From Thermoplasmata archaeon (GTDB lineage Archaea; Thermoplasmatota; Thermoplasmata; UBA10834), in the NCBI GenBank assembly GCA_020696365.1, contig JAEHCM010000001.1, positions 166,987 to 230,986 on the forward strand: a DNA stretch of 64,000 bases, written 5' to 3'. Shown one piece after another: positions 39,128 to 48,459 of this stretch. Every line of letters starts with the position of its first letter. The stretch's first letter is position 1. The notes under the pieces are model-generated. The model was not told the DNA's origin. It worked only from the letters and a program-made list of their open reading frames with translations, and ran no database searches. Both the position numbers and the translations under genes were made by a program.

Positions 39128-39723
39128 AGGTGACCGTTGCGGACTATGGAGTCGGCAACCTCCACAGTATCTCCAAGGGACTCGAGAGGGTCGGCGCGGT
39201 CGTTGAGGTCTCGTCTGACCCTGGTGAGCTGGCGAACGCCAGGTGCATCGTCTTCCCCGGCGTGGGCGCATTCGGGGCCGCCATGGAAGTCCTACGACCA
39301 GCGCTCACAGACATACGGACTGCGATACAGTCCGGGGTTCCAACCCTCGGCATCTGTCTGGGGATGCAGATACTGTTCGAGAGAAGCGAGGAGTCCGTCG
39401 GAGAGGGGGTGTCAGTCATCCCTGGGTGTGCAAGGAGGCTTCAGGCGCCGAGGGTCCCGCACATGGGTTGGAACGAAGTGGATCACTCCGGCGACGGGCT
39501 GTTCGAAGCCATCGATTCGGGGGAACAGTTCTACTTCGCCAACTCCTACGTGTGCTTCCCGACCGAAAAGGTCTCAATATCGGAAACGGAATACGGTGAG
39601 AGGTTTCCATCAGCAGTGAGGAAGGGAACAATCTTCGGAGTGCAATTCCATCCGGAGAAGAGCAGCGCTCCCGGCCTCAGGTTGCTCTCGAACTTCATCA
39701 GGATAGCGGAGGAATCAGCATGA
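39124..39723 (+). CDS. hisH: IGP synthase glutaminase subunit
   Basis: DYGVGNL, PGVGAF, GICLGMQ and QFHPEKS motifs. Confidence 0.96.
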   Translation: MKVTVADYGVGNLHSISKGLERVGAVVEVSSDPGELANARCIVFPGVGAFGAAMEVLRPALTDIRTAIQSGVPTLGICLGMQILFERSEESVGEGVSVIPGCARRLQAPRVPHMGWNEVDHSGDGLFEAIDSGEQFYFANSYVCFPTEKVSISETEYGERFPSAVRKGTIFGVQFHPEKSSAPGLRLLSNFIRIAEESA

Positions 39724-40430
39724 AAGTGATACCAGCCGTGGATGTAAGGGGGGGCAAGAGCGTCCAGTTGGTCGGTGGAAAGCCTGGCACGGAGCGTGTC
39801 GAGATCGAGGATGTCGCCGGTCTGGCCAGGAAATGGCAGAGGGATGGTGCCGAGATGATACATATCATCGACCTCGACTCGGCCATGGACGTGGGGAACA
39901 ACGAGGAGCTGATCGAGAACGTGATAGGCGCTCTATCCATCCCCGTCCAGGTCGGTGGCGGCATCAGGACCGCGGCTAAGGTCCACAGGTTGTTCGAGAT
40001 CGGCTGCGAGCGGGTCATCATCGGCACCAGGGCGATCCAGGACCGCTCCTTCGTGGAAGAGCTGGCCAAGCAATACTCCGACGGTATAGTCGTCGCCCTC
40101 GATTCCGCGGCAGACCGGGTATTGATTAAGGGCTGGCAGGAGAGCTCTGGAAAGGACATAGTCTCTGTCGCCAAGGACCTGGAATCGTTCCCTATCTGGG
40201 GCTTCCTCTACACAAACGTGGATGTAGAGGGGAGGTTGCAAGGCATCAACCCGATCCCGATAAGCAGGCTCATACGGACGACGGGGAAGCCAGTGATCGT
40301 CTCAGGCGGGATATCTACCCGGTCTGACCTGGCGCTCCTCCGCGGAATGGGGGTAGATTCGGTCGTCGTAGGGATGGCTATCTACACGGGAGCGGTGAAT
40401 TTCAAGAGAGTGGTGAGGGAGTTCAGTTGA
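39720..40430 (+). CDS. hisA: ProFAR isomerase
   Basis: IPAVD..GG..V.L, DLD, VGGGIR and SGGI motifs. Confidence 0.95.
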   Translation: MKVIPAVDVRGGKSVQLVGGKPGTERVEIEDVAGLARKWQRDGAEMIHIIDLDSAMDVGNNEELIENVIGALSIPVQVGGGIRTAAKVHRLFEIGCERVIIGTRAIQDRSFVEELAKQYSDGIVVALDSAADRVLIKGWQESSGKDIVSVAKDLESFPIWGFLYTNVDVEGRLQGINPIPISRLIRTTGKPVIVSGGISTRSDLALLRGMGVDSVVVGMAIYTGAVNFKRVVREFS

Positions 40431-40993
40431 ATCCAGAGGCAGTCAAGCGCTCCGCCCGGGTCGTCCGGGAGACAAGGGAGACCAGGGTGTGCGCAGAGGT
40501 GACAATAGACGGTACAGGCGACGCGAAGTGCGATATCCCGGACGAGTTCCTCAGACACATGGTCGAGACGCTTGGGAGATATTCCGGCATCGACCTGGTC
40601 ATAGAGGCCAAGGGAGATATCGATCATCACTTGATCGAGGACGTCGCGATAACCCTAGGACGTGCCTTCCGCGAGGCCATCGCCGAATCGCCCGTCAGAA
40701 GGATAGCGAACGCCGTCGTACCCATGGACGAGGCCCTCGTGCAGGTCACGGTGGATTTGATCGACCGCCCCTACGTGCATTTGGAGCTCCCTGACCAGAT
40801 GTACTCGCATTTCATAAGGTCGTTCGCGATGGAGATGCGGGCAACGATTCACACTGTGGTTGTCAGAGGAGTAGATGACCACCACATAGTCGAGGCGACG
40901 TTCAAAGCACTCGGCAGGGCCCTGGGAGAGGCGATGTCTCGTACGGAGTCGTCGGTATCGACCAAAGCCTCCGTCAAATGGGGTGTCGGCTGA
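40427..40993 (+). CDS. hisB: imidazoleglycerol-phosphate dehydratase
   Basis: RETRET, DHHLIED, PMDEA and DHHIVE motifs. Confidence 0.95.
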   Translation: MNPEAVKRSARVVRETRETRVCAEVTIDGTGDAKCDIPDEFLRHMVETLGRYSGIDLVIEAKGDIDHHLIEDVAITLGRAFREAIAESPVRRIANAVVPMDEALVQVTVDLIDRPYVHLELPDQMYSHFIRSFAMEMRATIHTVVVRGVDDHHIVEATFKALGRALGEAMSRTESSVSTKASVKWGVG

Positions 40994-41757
40994 TGCCGCT
41001 AGCGAAGAGGATCATACCTTGCTTGGACGTCCGCGACGGCGTCGTAGTCAAGGGCATTTGCTTCAAGGGACTGACGGAGGTCGGCGACCCGCCGACGCTG
41101 GCAGTGAAGTACCAGGAGCAGGGTGCGGACGAGATCGTGTTCCTCGATGTGAAAGCCTCGTTGGCAGGCGCCGAGACACTGCGTGCCGCAGTACAGAAGA
41201 CGGCCGAGCAGCTCTTCGTGCCTCTTACGGTAGGTGGGGGGATCAGGACCTTCGAAGACGTCAGGCAGATGCTTCGCGTGGGAGCAGACAAGATATCAAT
41301 CAACACCGCAGCCGTTGCGGACCCTACTCTGATTTCTAGATGTGCGGGGGCATTTGGCAGCCAGTGCGTCGTTGTCGCCGTGGATGCAAAGCGTACAGGC
41401 GACAGCTGGGAGGTTTATACTCACTCTGGGACGAGGCCTTCTGGGCGCGATGTGGTCGATTGGACGAGAGAGGTCTGTGAGTTGGGCGCAGGAGAGATAC
41501 TACTGACTAGCATGGACTGCGACGGCATGAAGAACGGGTACGACCTCGAGCTCACCCGGAGGATAGTGCGGGAGGTGAGCGTGCCCGTCATTGCCTCGGG
41601 AGGGTGCGGCAACATCGAGCATGTGACGGAGGTCCTTTCGGCAGGCGAGGCGGACGCTGCGCTCGCGGCATCGATATTCCACTATGGCCAGCACACGGTA
41701 CGCGATGTGAAGGAAGCGCTCGTTGAAAGGGGAATCCCCGTGAGGAGATGCAGCTGA
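40993..41757 (+). CDS. hisF: IGP synthase cyclase subunit
   Basis: KRIIPCLDV, GADEIVFLD, GAGEILLTSMD and ALAASIFH motifs. Confidence 0.96.
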   Translation: MPLAKRIIPCLDVRDGVVVKGICFKGLTEVGDPPTLAVKYQEQGADEIVFLDVKASLAGAETLRAAVQKTAEQLFVPLTVGGGIRTFEDVRQMLRVGADKISINTAAVADPTLISRCAGAFGSQCVVVAVDAKRTGDSWEVYTHSGTRPSGRDVVDWTREVCELGAGEILLTSMDCDGMKNGYDLELTRRIVREVSVPVIASGGCGNIEHVTEVLSAGEADAALAASIFHYGQHTVRDVKEALVERGIPVRRCS

Positions 41758-42332
41758 TGGCTAAGAGCGCTCTCATCCCGGTAGTCGTTCAGGACGTCAG
41801 GAACAACAATGTCCTGATGGTGGCCTTCACGAATGACGAGGCGCTCGAACTCACGAAGAAGACTGGATACATGCACTTCTGGAGCAGGTCAAGGCAGAGC
41901 ATATGGAAGAAGGGCGAGACATCAGGCAACGTCCAGAGGGTCGTGGAACTGCTGACGGACTGCGACGGAGACGCGATCCTCGCACGCGTGGAACAGACTG
42001 GTGTGGCATGCCACACAGGGACATACTCTTGCTTCTTCGACAAACCTTTGGGACAGAACGATGTCGTGTCGGAGCTGTGGAGTGTGTTCGATGAGAGGAA
42101 AGGGAGCCAGTGTGAGTCCTCCTACACCTGCCGGCTGATGAGCAATCGGAACTTACTCCTGAAGAAGATCGCTGAGGAGAGTTCCGAAGTGATACTAGCT
42201 GCAAAGGACAGGAACAGAGGTGAGGTCGTCTACGAGGCGGCCGATCTGATGTACCATCTGCTCGTGCTTCTGTACGACGAAGGCATTACGCTGGATGAGG
42301 TCTACAAGGAACTGGAGGGAAGAAGAAAATGA
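41748..42332 (+). CDS. hisIE: bifunctional PR-AMP cyclohydrolase / PR-ATP pyrophosphatase
   Basis: KGETSG, DCDGD and ACHTG..SCF, followed by KKIAEE and EAADL.YH. Confidence 0.95.
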   Translation: MQLMAKSALIPVVVQDVRNNNVLMVAFTNDEALELTKKTGYMHFWSRSRQSIWKKGETSGNVQRVVELLTDCDGDAILARVEQTGVACHTGTYSCFFDKPLGQNDVVSELWSVFDERKGSQCESSYTCRLMSNRNLLLKKIAEESSEVILAAKDRNRGEVVYEAADLMYHLLVLLYDEGITLDEVYKELEGRRK

Positions 42333-42997
42333 GGGCGAGACGTTGCGACTTCCATACGCACACGATATTCAGCGACGGAGAACTGATTCCGATGGAACTC
42401 ATTCGAAGGGCTGCTGTGGCAGACCACAGAGCGGTTGCGATAACCGATCACGCGTCGTTCTCGAGCTTAGATTGGATTATCGGGCAGGTGGCAAAGGACT
42501 GTGCCAAGGCAGACGCATGGGGGATCGACGCGATTCCCGGCGTGGAGATCACCCACGTGCCGGTCAAGTACCTTGACGAATCCATCCGTCTCGCTAGGAA
42601 GGCAGGAGCGGAGATCGTTGTCGTGCACGGAGAGACCCCGGTCGAGCCTGTGGAGAACGGGACCAACCACGCTGCGGTATCGAACCCCGATGTCGACATA
42701 CTGGCACACCCTGGAATGATGTCAGAGGATGATGCGCTCCTCGCCGCAAAGAACGAAGTGTTTCTAGAGATCTCATGTCGGAGGGGTCATTCCCTGTCGA
42801 ATGGGCATGTCGCATCGATGGCCGCGAACGCCGGGGCGAGGTTGCTCGTCAACACAGACATGCACTCCCCCGAGGACCTGAGTTCAATGGCCACCGCAAC
42901 CGCTGTCGCCAGAGGGGCGGGCCTCGATCCAGACCGGACCAGGGAAGCGCTTGTCACCAATCCTGAGACACTGCTTCGCAAGCTGGGAAGGCTCTAG
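42329..42997 (+). CDS. PHP-family phosphatase, probable histidinol-phosphate phosphatase
   Basis: DFHTHT..SDG, TDH, VHGET, LAHPG and NTDMH motifs; last gene of the his operon. Confidence 0.85.
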   Translation: MRARRCDFHTHTIFSDGELIPMELIRRAAVADHRAVAITDHASFSSLDWIIGQVAKDCAKADAWGIDAIPGVEITHVPVKYLDESIRLARKAGAEIVVVHGETPVEPVENGTNHAAVSNPDVDILAHPGMMSEDDALLAAKNEVFLEISCRRGHSLSNGHVASMAANAGARLLVNTDMHSPEDLSSMATATAVARGAGLDPDRTREALVTNPETLLRKLGRL

Positions 42998-43005
42998 TCT
43001 GCGTC

Positions 43006-43034
43006 TTATTAACTTTCGGCATCTATATTAATAA
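43006..43034. promoter_or_regulatory. candidate NikR autoregulatory operator
   Basis: TTATTAA-N15-TTAATAA inverted repeat about 30 nt upstream of nikR. Confidence 0.45.
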
Positions 43035-43064
43035 CGCTGAAATACCGACATCGCCATAGCGGCG

Positions 43065-43466
43065 ATGAAGAAAATGATAGTCAGTCTTTCGGTTCCCGAG
43101 GCGCTGCTGGATCAGTTCGACGAGGTTCTTCGTTCGAAGGGATTCCGGTCGCGTTCTGACGCAGTGAGAGAAGCTATGCGCGCGTTTCTGGATGAGGCCG
43201 ATTGGGAGAGTTCCGACGGCGAGAACCAGCTGGTCGTGACTACCATCTACGACGAGCACGGCCCTCGCGGCGAGCTCTCGGCCCTGCAGCACAGACACGA
43301 GGAGATACAGATGATGCTCCACCTGCACCTGGAGAAAGGACAATGCATGGAGCTTTTCATCGCGAGAGGATCGAACGCCGTGCTACGCGAGATCCTGGGC
43401 AAGTTGCGTAGAATCAAGGGCGTGAGGTCAATCAGATTCATCTCGACCGCGAGCGGCATCCGTTAA
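43065..43466 (+). CDS. nikR: nickel-responsive RHH regulator
   Basis: N-terminal RHH (VSLSVP..LL..FD...SRSDAVR) plus QH...HLH...C Ni-ligand pattern. Confidence 0.85.
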   Translation: MKKMIVSLSVPEALLDQFDEVLRSKGFRSRSDAVREAMRAFLDEADWESSDGENQLVVTTIYDEHGPRGELSALQHRHEEIQMMLHLHLEKGQCMELFIARGSNAVLREILGKLRRIKGVRSIRFISTASGIR

Positions 43467-43478
43467 GTGCTCAACCAT

Positions 43479-43500
43479 TGACGGCTCCGCGGAGTCGTCA
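43479..43500. terminator. hairpin between convergent nikR and clostripain genes
   Basis: TGACGGCTCC-GC-GGAGTCGTCA; a minus-strand U-rich tract also occurs at 43581-43600. Confidence 0.4.
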
Positions 43501-43637
43501 GTCCGGTAGAGAGCTCACGCCCCTCTCCTAAGCTTGTCAGATTCTACACGCCATCGATTCTGAACATGCAAAACCAGGTTAAGAAAAACAGAAAGGAAGG
43601 GAGAGCGAGTCTCCCAGTTTCAACCAGCTCTTGTCCC

Positions 43638-44795
43638 TCAGTTGTAGTCTACGAGGAAGTCATACCAGCCCAGATCGACTGCGAAGTCGACCTCGGCGTA
43701 TGCTGGAGAATAGAAGGACCAGTCTCCCCTTACTCCCCACCATATCGTGAGACCTCTCGCGTCCTCGGCTCCCTGGCCTCCCGAGACCGCTAGGACTGAG
43801 CTGTCCACAAGAGCAACCATGTTGGCAGTCGCGGTCCTCAGGTCGGCGTCGCTTATCTTGGAGTTCGCCAGCAGCGTGTCGCCGAGGTCTGCCATGTCGA
43901 CATGCTTGTATGTCGCCCATGCGGCATATGAGTCCTTCAGTGCAGTCTTGTAGTATCTCGCGTACGCGCCGAGGTTTGCATGCATCTCCGCGACCCATGT
44001 ATCGAGTGTCGCTATCGAGCCTCCAATGACTCCAACGTCGACCGCCGACAATCCTACCGTCGTGGCCCAGCTCAGAGGATCGTAGTAGGCGGCCCAACCG
44101 TCGACCATGTCAACAGCGACCTGTGCTGGCGTTCTCGAGGAGTCCTGTGCGACAGACGTCCACATCAAATCGTACGGAAATCCATTCTCCGGTATAGTCT
44201 CCTCCGATGCGACCATCAGGTCCACAAGGCCGGTCTGTGCGACTTCATAGACGACCTCTACGGCGGCCATGTTGCATGCGTCGAATGACAGGATGTCTAT
44301 GGAGACGCCAGCGCCTTCGATGGCGGTCTGCAGTTCATCCATCGTAATCTCATCACCGGAGGTCGAGTCATCGCTTATGTACCTCCACGCATAGCCATGG
44401 TCCCACATGGTTATCCCGAGTTTGTCGGACGGATAGAGCGTCGCAACTTCCGTGATGAACCACTGGAACGTGGCGCCGTCTCCGTAATTCATCTCCTCGT
44501 AAGTGTCGACCAGAGTGACGACACCGCCAGAGATCTCGTACAGCGAGCTTCCATTCTGGGCGACCCAGTCCATCATCGCGACGATGTTCACATCAGAGTT
44601 CGCCGGTATGTTCTCGAGAGCTGGACGGCTGAAGTCCTCCCAATACCGTTCAAGGTTGTTGTCCCCGTTGACATAGATCGCTAATGTCCACGAAGTGGTT
44701 TCTCCCTTTGCGTGCATAGTCATTGCCAGGCTAGGCACGACGAGAAGGGAGGCAATCAAAATACCCAGGCCCACTTTAGATATATGTCCCCTCAA
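43638..44795 (-). CDS. secreted clostripain-family (C11) cysteine peptidase
   Basis: Signal peptide; Y.NGDNNLE, WDHG, FDACNM and ASEE motifs. Confidence 0.9.
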   Translation of the reverse strand: MRGHISKVGLGILIASLLVVPSLAMTMHAKGETTSWTLAIYVNGDNNLERYWEDFSRPALENIPANSDVNIVAMMDWVAQNGSSLYEISGGVVTLVDTYEEMNYGDGATFQWFITEVATLYPSDKLGITMWDHGYAWRYISDDSTSGDEITMDELQTAIEGAGVSIDILSFDACNMAAVEVVYEVAQTGLVDLMVASEETIPENGFPYDLMWTSVAQDSSRTPAQVAVDMVDGWAAYYDPLSWATTVGLSAVDVGVIGGSIATLDTWVAEMHANLGAYARYYKTALKDSYAAWATYKHVDMADLGDTLLANSKISDADLRTATANMVALVDSSVLAVSGGQGAEDARGLTIWWGVRGDWSFYSPAYAEVDFAVDLGWYDFLVDYN

Positions 44796-45117
44796 TCATT
44801 CACCCCCGTGGGAAACCACTTCGCTTTACATCTGCAAAGCTTCCCCACTCGATGGGTGAATGGTCGGATGACTATTAGAATCTGGCTCAGCTTGGCAGAG
44901 GCCGTCTCGTGCGATGCGCCTTTAAAGTCGAACGTTTGTGATCCGACTCTGATGGCTGCCAACCGAATATCTTCTCAATTGGATGAGCCCTAATCGGCCA
45001 TCAGCCTAATGCGGGGCGCGGGAGTACTGACCCCCCCCGCGGCTCCTACTGGGGCAGTTCGTGGTAGGGGAAATCAATATTAGCGGGCTATGCGATGGGA
45101 AGCCGTGAGGTGGTGAG

Positions 45118-45405
45118 ATGATGGACGTCTCGAAGATGAACGGTGTGAAGGTGATTACCGCCAATTCCTACACGTTGGGAGAGGTGGAAGGTGCGAACGT
45201 CGACACTAATAGCTGGAAGATGACCCACGTCAAGATAGGGTTGAGTGACGAGGCGACACGCGAGCTCGGGTACTCGAAACCGCTCCTCGGGTCTGTGAAG
45301 ATATGCCTTCCGGTGGATTCCATCGCCGGTTACGGCGATGTCATGACTCTGAAGAAGTCCATTATGGAGCTGAAGGGCTCTGATGAATGCAAGGCCAAGC
45401 GCTGA
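45118..45405 (+). CDS. PRC-barrel domain protein
   Basis: MNGVKVIT...LGEV....VD...W...LPV..I...GDVMTL; SD GAGGTGG. Confidence 0.85.
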   Translation: MMDVSKMNGVKVITANSYTLGEVEGANVDTNSWKMTHVKIGLSDEATRELGYSKPLLGSVKICLPVDSIAGYGDVMTLKKSIMELKGSDECKAKR

Positions 45406-45433
45406 CGGTCAGCCACGGGATGAGGTGTTCGGC

Positions 45434-46093
45434 ATGGGCTGCGACGGAGGGTTGACGACGGGGATTCCTCTGCTCGGCGATAAGTTACCAGAGCTTGAGG
45501 TTCAAACGACACATGGCAAGATGAAGCTCCCAGAAGCCTTCGCGGGCAAGTGGTTCGTGCTTTTCAGCCATCCAGGTGACTTCACACCTGTGTGCACCAC
45601 GGAGTTCGTGGCCTTCGCGAAGATGCACGAGGAGTTCAGGAAGGAGAATTGCGAGCTCATTGGGCTTTCAGTAGACCAGGTGTTCTCCCACATCAAGTGG
45701 ATTGAGTGGATAAAGGAGAAGCTCGAAGTGGAGGTTACCTTCCCAGTCATAGCCGATGGCTCTGCAAACGTCGCGAAGACGCTGGGAATGATACATCCTG
45801 GCAAGGGTACAAACACCGTTAGGGCGGTGTTCTTTGTGGACCCTGAGGGCAAGATCAGGCTCATGATGTACTACCCGCAGGAGATTGGCAGGAACATGAA
45901 CGAAATCCTCAGGGCCGTCAAGGCGCTGAAGCGATCCGACGAGAACAAGGTCGCTATGCCTGCGAACTGGCCGAAGAACGACTTCCTGGGCGACAAGGTG
46001 ATAATTCCTCCCGCCACGGACGAGAAGACCGCGAAGGAACGACTGTCGAAGTACGACTGCTACGACTGGTGGTTCTGCACGAAGGAGCTGTGA
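45434..46093 (+). CDS. peroxiredoxin (archaeal Prx6-type)
   Basis: [24 protein letters not shown] and CYDWWFC motifs. Confidence 0.95.
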   Translation: MGCDGGLTTGIPLLGDKLPELEVQTTHGKMKLPEAFAGKWFVLFSHPGDFTPVCTTEFVAFAKMHEEFRKENCELIGLSVDQVFSHIKWIEWIKEKLEVEVTFPVIADGSANVAKTLGMIHPGKGTNTVRAVFFVDPEGKIRLMMYYPQEIGRNMNEILRAVKALKRSDENKVAMPANWPKNDFLGDKVIIPPATDEKTAKERLSKYDCYDWWFCTKEL

Positions 46094-46165
46094 CTCGCCT
46101 GTCTCCCGAGCCTCTTGGGGCATATCGTTCCGAGTGGGGACCCTCGTAGCGAGAAAGGTTGGTTA

Positions 46166-46270
46166 TGGCGCTCCCGCCGGGATTTGAACCCGGGTATCGA
46201 ACTTTCTCCGGGCGAGTCTGAACTCGCTCGCGAGAGGCTCGAATGATTGGCCGGACTACACTACGGGAGC
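46166..46270 (-). tRNA. tRNA-Glu(CTC) with 27-nt intron at 37/38 (46204-46230), CCA encoded
   Basis: GCTCCCG acceptor, GTGTAGTCCGGCCAATCAT D-arm, CGAGC/GTTCG stem, BHB CTCT/GGAG. Confidence 0.92.
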
Positions 46271-46369
46271 CTGGTTCAAGCATCCAAATCGGGAGGCTTT
46301 ACATAAACGTTTGGGGTCGAGTTCCTCTTCGTAGAGCGCACTCGCGTTGGAGCCGCTGAAACGCCGCAT

Positions 46370-47188
46370 TCACAGGTCCTCGTCGCCTTCCCTCCAATCC
46401 AGGCCTGGAGTTCTGAGCCCAATCTTCACCACTGCTGGAACCTTTCGTTTGTGTGACGACGATCTGACCATTTTGACGACCCTGTCTATCTTATCCTTTG
46501 GGACGCCTGTACGCTCTATCGCAACATTGCTGTCGAGCCCGAGTTCTATCGTGAGGAGGACTGAGTCGAGGTCTTCGTAGCTCATGCCTATCTCCTTCTC
46601 GTCCGTCTGTTCCGGCCATAAGCCTGCAGAAGGCGCCCTGCCGATGATCTTCTCTGGAATGCCGAGGACTTTCGCCAGCTGGCGTACCTCCGTCTTGTAC
46701 AGGTCTCCTATGGGCTCCAGGTCCGCCCCGCCGTCTCCATGCTTCGTGAAGTATCCAATCAGCAGCTCGCTCTTGTTGCTCGTTCCGAGAACGAGCCTCT
46801 CGTCCTTGCCGGCGAAATGATAGAGGAGAATCATCCTGCAGCGCGCCTTGATGTTCGCCAATCCCCTCCGGCCGATCTTCGCGCCAACTGCGCGTGAGAA
46901 TGACTCGACAGCATCAGAGATGTCTATGATCCTGTGCTGGACTCCCTCAAGCTCACACAACATCGTTGCATCCTCAAGGTCTCCTCTGGGGGAATCCTTC
47001 TCTGGCATGATTAGGCCGAGCACCTTCCCCTTGCCAACAGCTCCGACTGCCAATCTGAGGACGACGGCGGAATCTATCCCTCCGCTTACGCCTAGGACAT
47101 ATCCCTTCGCCCCGGTCTTCCTCAGCTTCTCAGCAATGAAATGCTCGATGATGCTCTCAGTACCGTTCTTGAGGATGGGTGCCGTCAT
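46370..47188 (-). CDS. nadE: NAD+ synthetase (single domain)
   Basis: SGGIDS, N.KAR.R, GYFTKHGDG and PSAGLW..QTDE motifs. Confidence 0.96.
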   Translation of the reverse strand: MTAPILKNGTESIIEHFIAEKLRKTGAKGYVLGVSGGIDSAVVLRLAVGAVGKGKVLGLIMPEKDSPRGDLEDATMLCELEGVQHRIIDISDAVESFSRAVGAKIGRRGLANIKARCRMILLYHFAGKDERLVLGTSNKSELLIGYFTKHGDGGADLEPIGDLYKTEVRQLAKVLGIPEKIIGRAPSAGLWPEQTDEKEIGMSYEDLDSVLLTIELGLDSNVAIERTGVPKDKIDRVVKMVRSSSHKRKVPAVVKIGLRTPGLDWREGDEDL

Positions 47189-47287
47189 CGGCGTTGTGAT
47201 GGGTGGGTCCGGATATAGCCGTTATGGTCAGATGCGAGAATGGTTCCATCCGAATCATAATCTACCGGCGATGCGGTTCTTCATAGG

Positions 47288-48130
47288 ATGACCAAAGTCG
47301 GAGTCGTGCTGGCTCAGGTCAACTGTCCGTTGCATGACAAAGGTGCCAACCTGAGGAGGATGACCCAGGTAGTCAAACGGGCCAAGGGGGATATTGTCAT
47401 CTTCCCTGAGTTGAACGTGACGGGCTACATGCCCAGGGACGATTTATTCAAGGTCGCCGAGCCTGCGGATGGGCCGACAGTCAAGAAAATCGTCAAGTTG
47501 GCGAAGGACTCTCAGAAGGACATCGTCTTCGGGATGCCGATCCAGGACGAGAGGGACCACGGACATCTCTTCAACTCCGCACTTGTCGCGACTGGACATG
47601 GCTGCCTGTTCAGATATGACAAGATGTACCTGCCGAATTTCGGTCCGTTTGAGGAGAGGATGTTCTTCACCGGTGGAAGGGGTGCCGTCGTGGCTGAGGG
47701 AATGCACGCCAGGATTGGGCTCACAGTGTGCTACGACATCTTCTTCCCGGAATTGGCCAAGCTCGAGTCTCTGATGGGTGCACAGCTGCTGGTGAACCTG
47801 TCTGCCTCTCCGACCACATCTAGGTCGAGCTTCGAGAAGGTACTCCCAGCGCGTGCGGTGGAGAACGGCTTGTTCGTCGCCTTCACGAACATGGTAGGCG
47901 TGCACGGCGGTCTGGTGTTCAGCGGGGGAAGCCTGATGTACGACCCTTGCGGAGAGCCCCTGGCGAGGGCCGCCGACCTGAAGGAAGATGTGGTGGATGC
48001 AGGGATGGACCTGCATGAAATCGCTCTCACCCGCAGGTTCAGACCTCTGGCAAGGGACATTCGCCCCGAGGTTCTTGACGAGATCCGCTCACTGCTCCGG
48101 GTCAGGTCTGGTGACGACGCCCTCAGGTAG
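47288..48130 (+). CDS. carbon-nitrogen hydrolase (nitrilase superfamily)
   Basis: FPEL, YDKMYLPNFGPFEE and VCYD (E-K-C triad). Confidence 0.92.
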   Translation: MTKVGVVLAQVNCPLHDKGANLRRMTQVVKRAKGDIVIFPELNVTGYMPRDDLFKVAEPADGPTVKKIVKLAKDSQKDIVFGMPIQDERDHGHLFNSALVATGHGCLFRYDKMYLPNFGPFEERMFFTGGRGAVVAEGMHARIGLTVCYDIFFPELAKLESLMGAQLLVNLSASPTTSRSSFEKVLPARAVENGLFVAFTNMVGVHGGLVFSGGSLMYDPCGEPLARAADLKEDVVDAGMDLHEIALTRRFRPLARDIRPEVLDEIRSLLRVRSGDDALR

Positions 48131-48228
48131 AGGGGGGGGTGGCTCACGAGGCGTCTTCATCTCGTTCCAGCATTTCGTGCGTGGATTCGGATATTCTTAA
48201 ATATGAACATCATTTTGGAGGTATCCAA

Positions 48229-48334
48229 GCTGAGGTAGCCCAGCCCGGTAAGGCGCGAGCCTGGAGTCTTGATGATTCAAGCCAGTCAGCTCGTGGCGCT
48301 CTGCGCCTCGGGAGTTCAAATCTCCCCCTCAGCG
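48229..48334 (+). tRNA. tRNA-Ser(GGA) with 21-nt intron at 37/38 (48267-48287)
   Basis: GCTGAGG acceptor, CGAGC/GCTCG stem, long variable arm GGCGC/GCGCC, BHB CTGG/CCAG. Confidence 0.92.
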
Positions 48335-48459
48335 CCTTGTCATATCTTGCTGTTCTCGTGTGGACTGGAAGATTCATACGCGGAACGCAGATTTGCGATG
48401 TTATAAAATACCCCCCCAGGCTATGGCTATTTCGGTCGGTTCGAAAGGATTTGAAATGG

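Noticed and set aside
45008-45070. Two GC-rich stems upstream of the third PRC-barrel gene
   Set aside because: The pairing relies on G/C runs, lies upstream of the likely TATA box and matches no RNA family I recognise.
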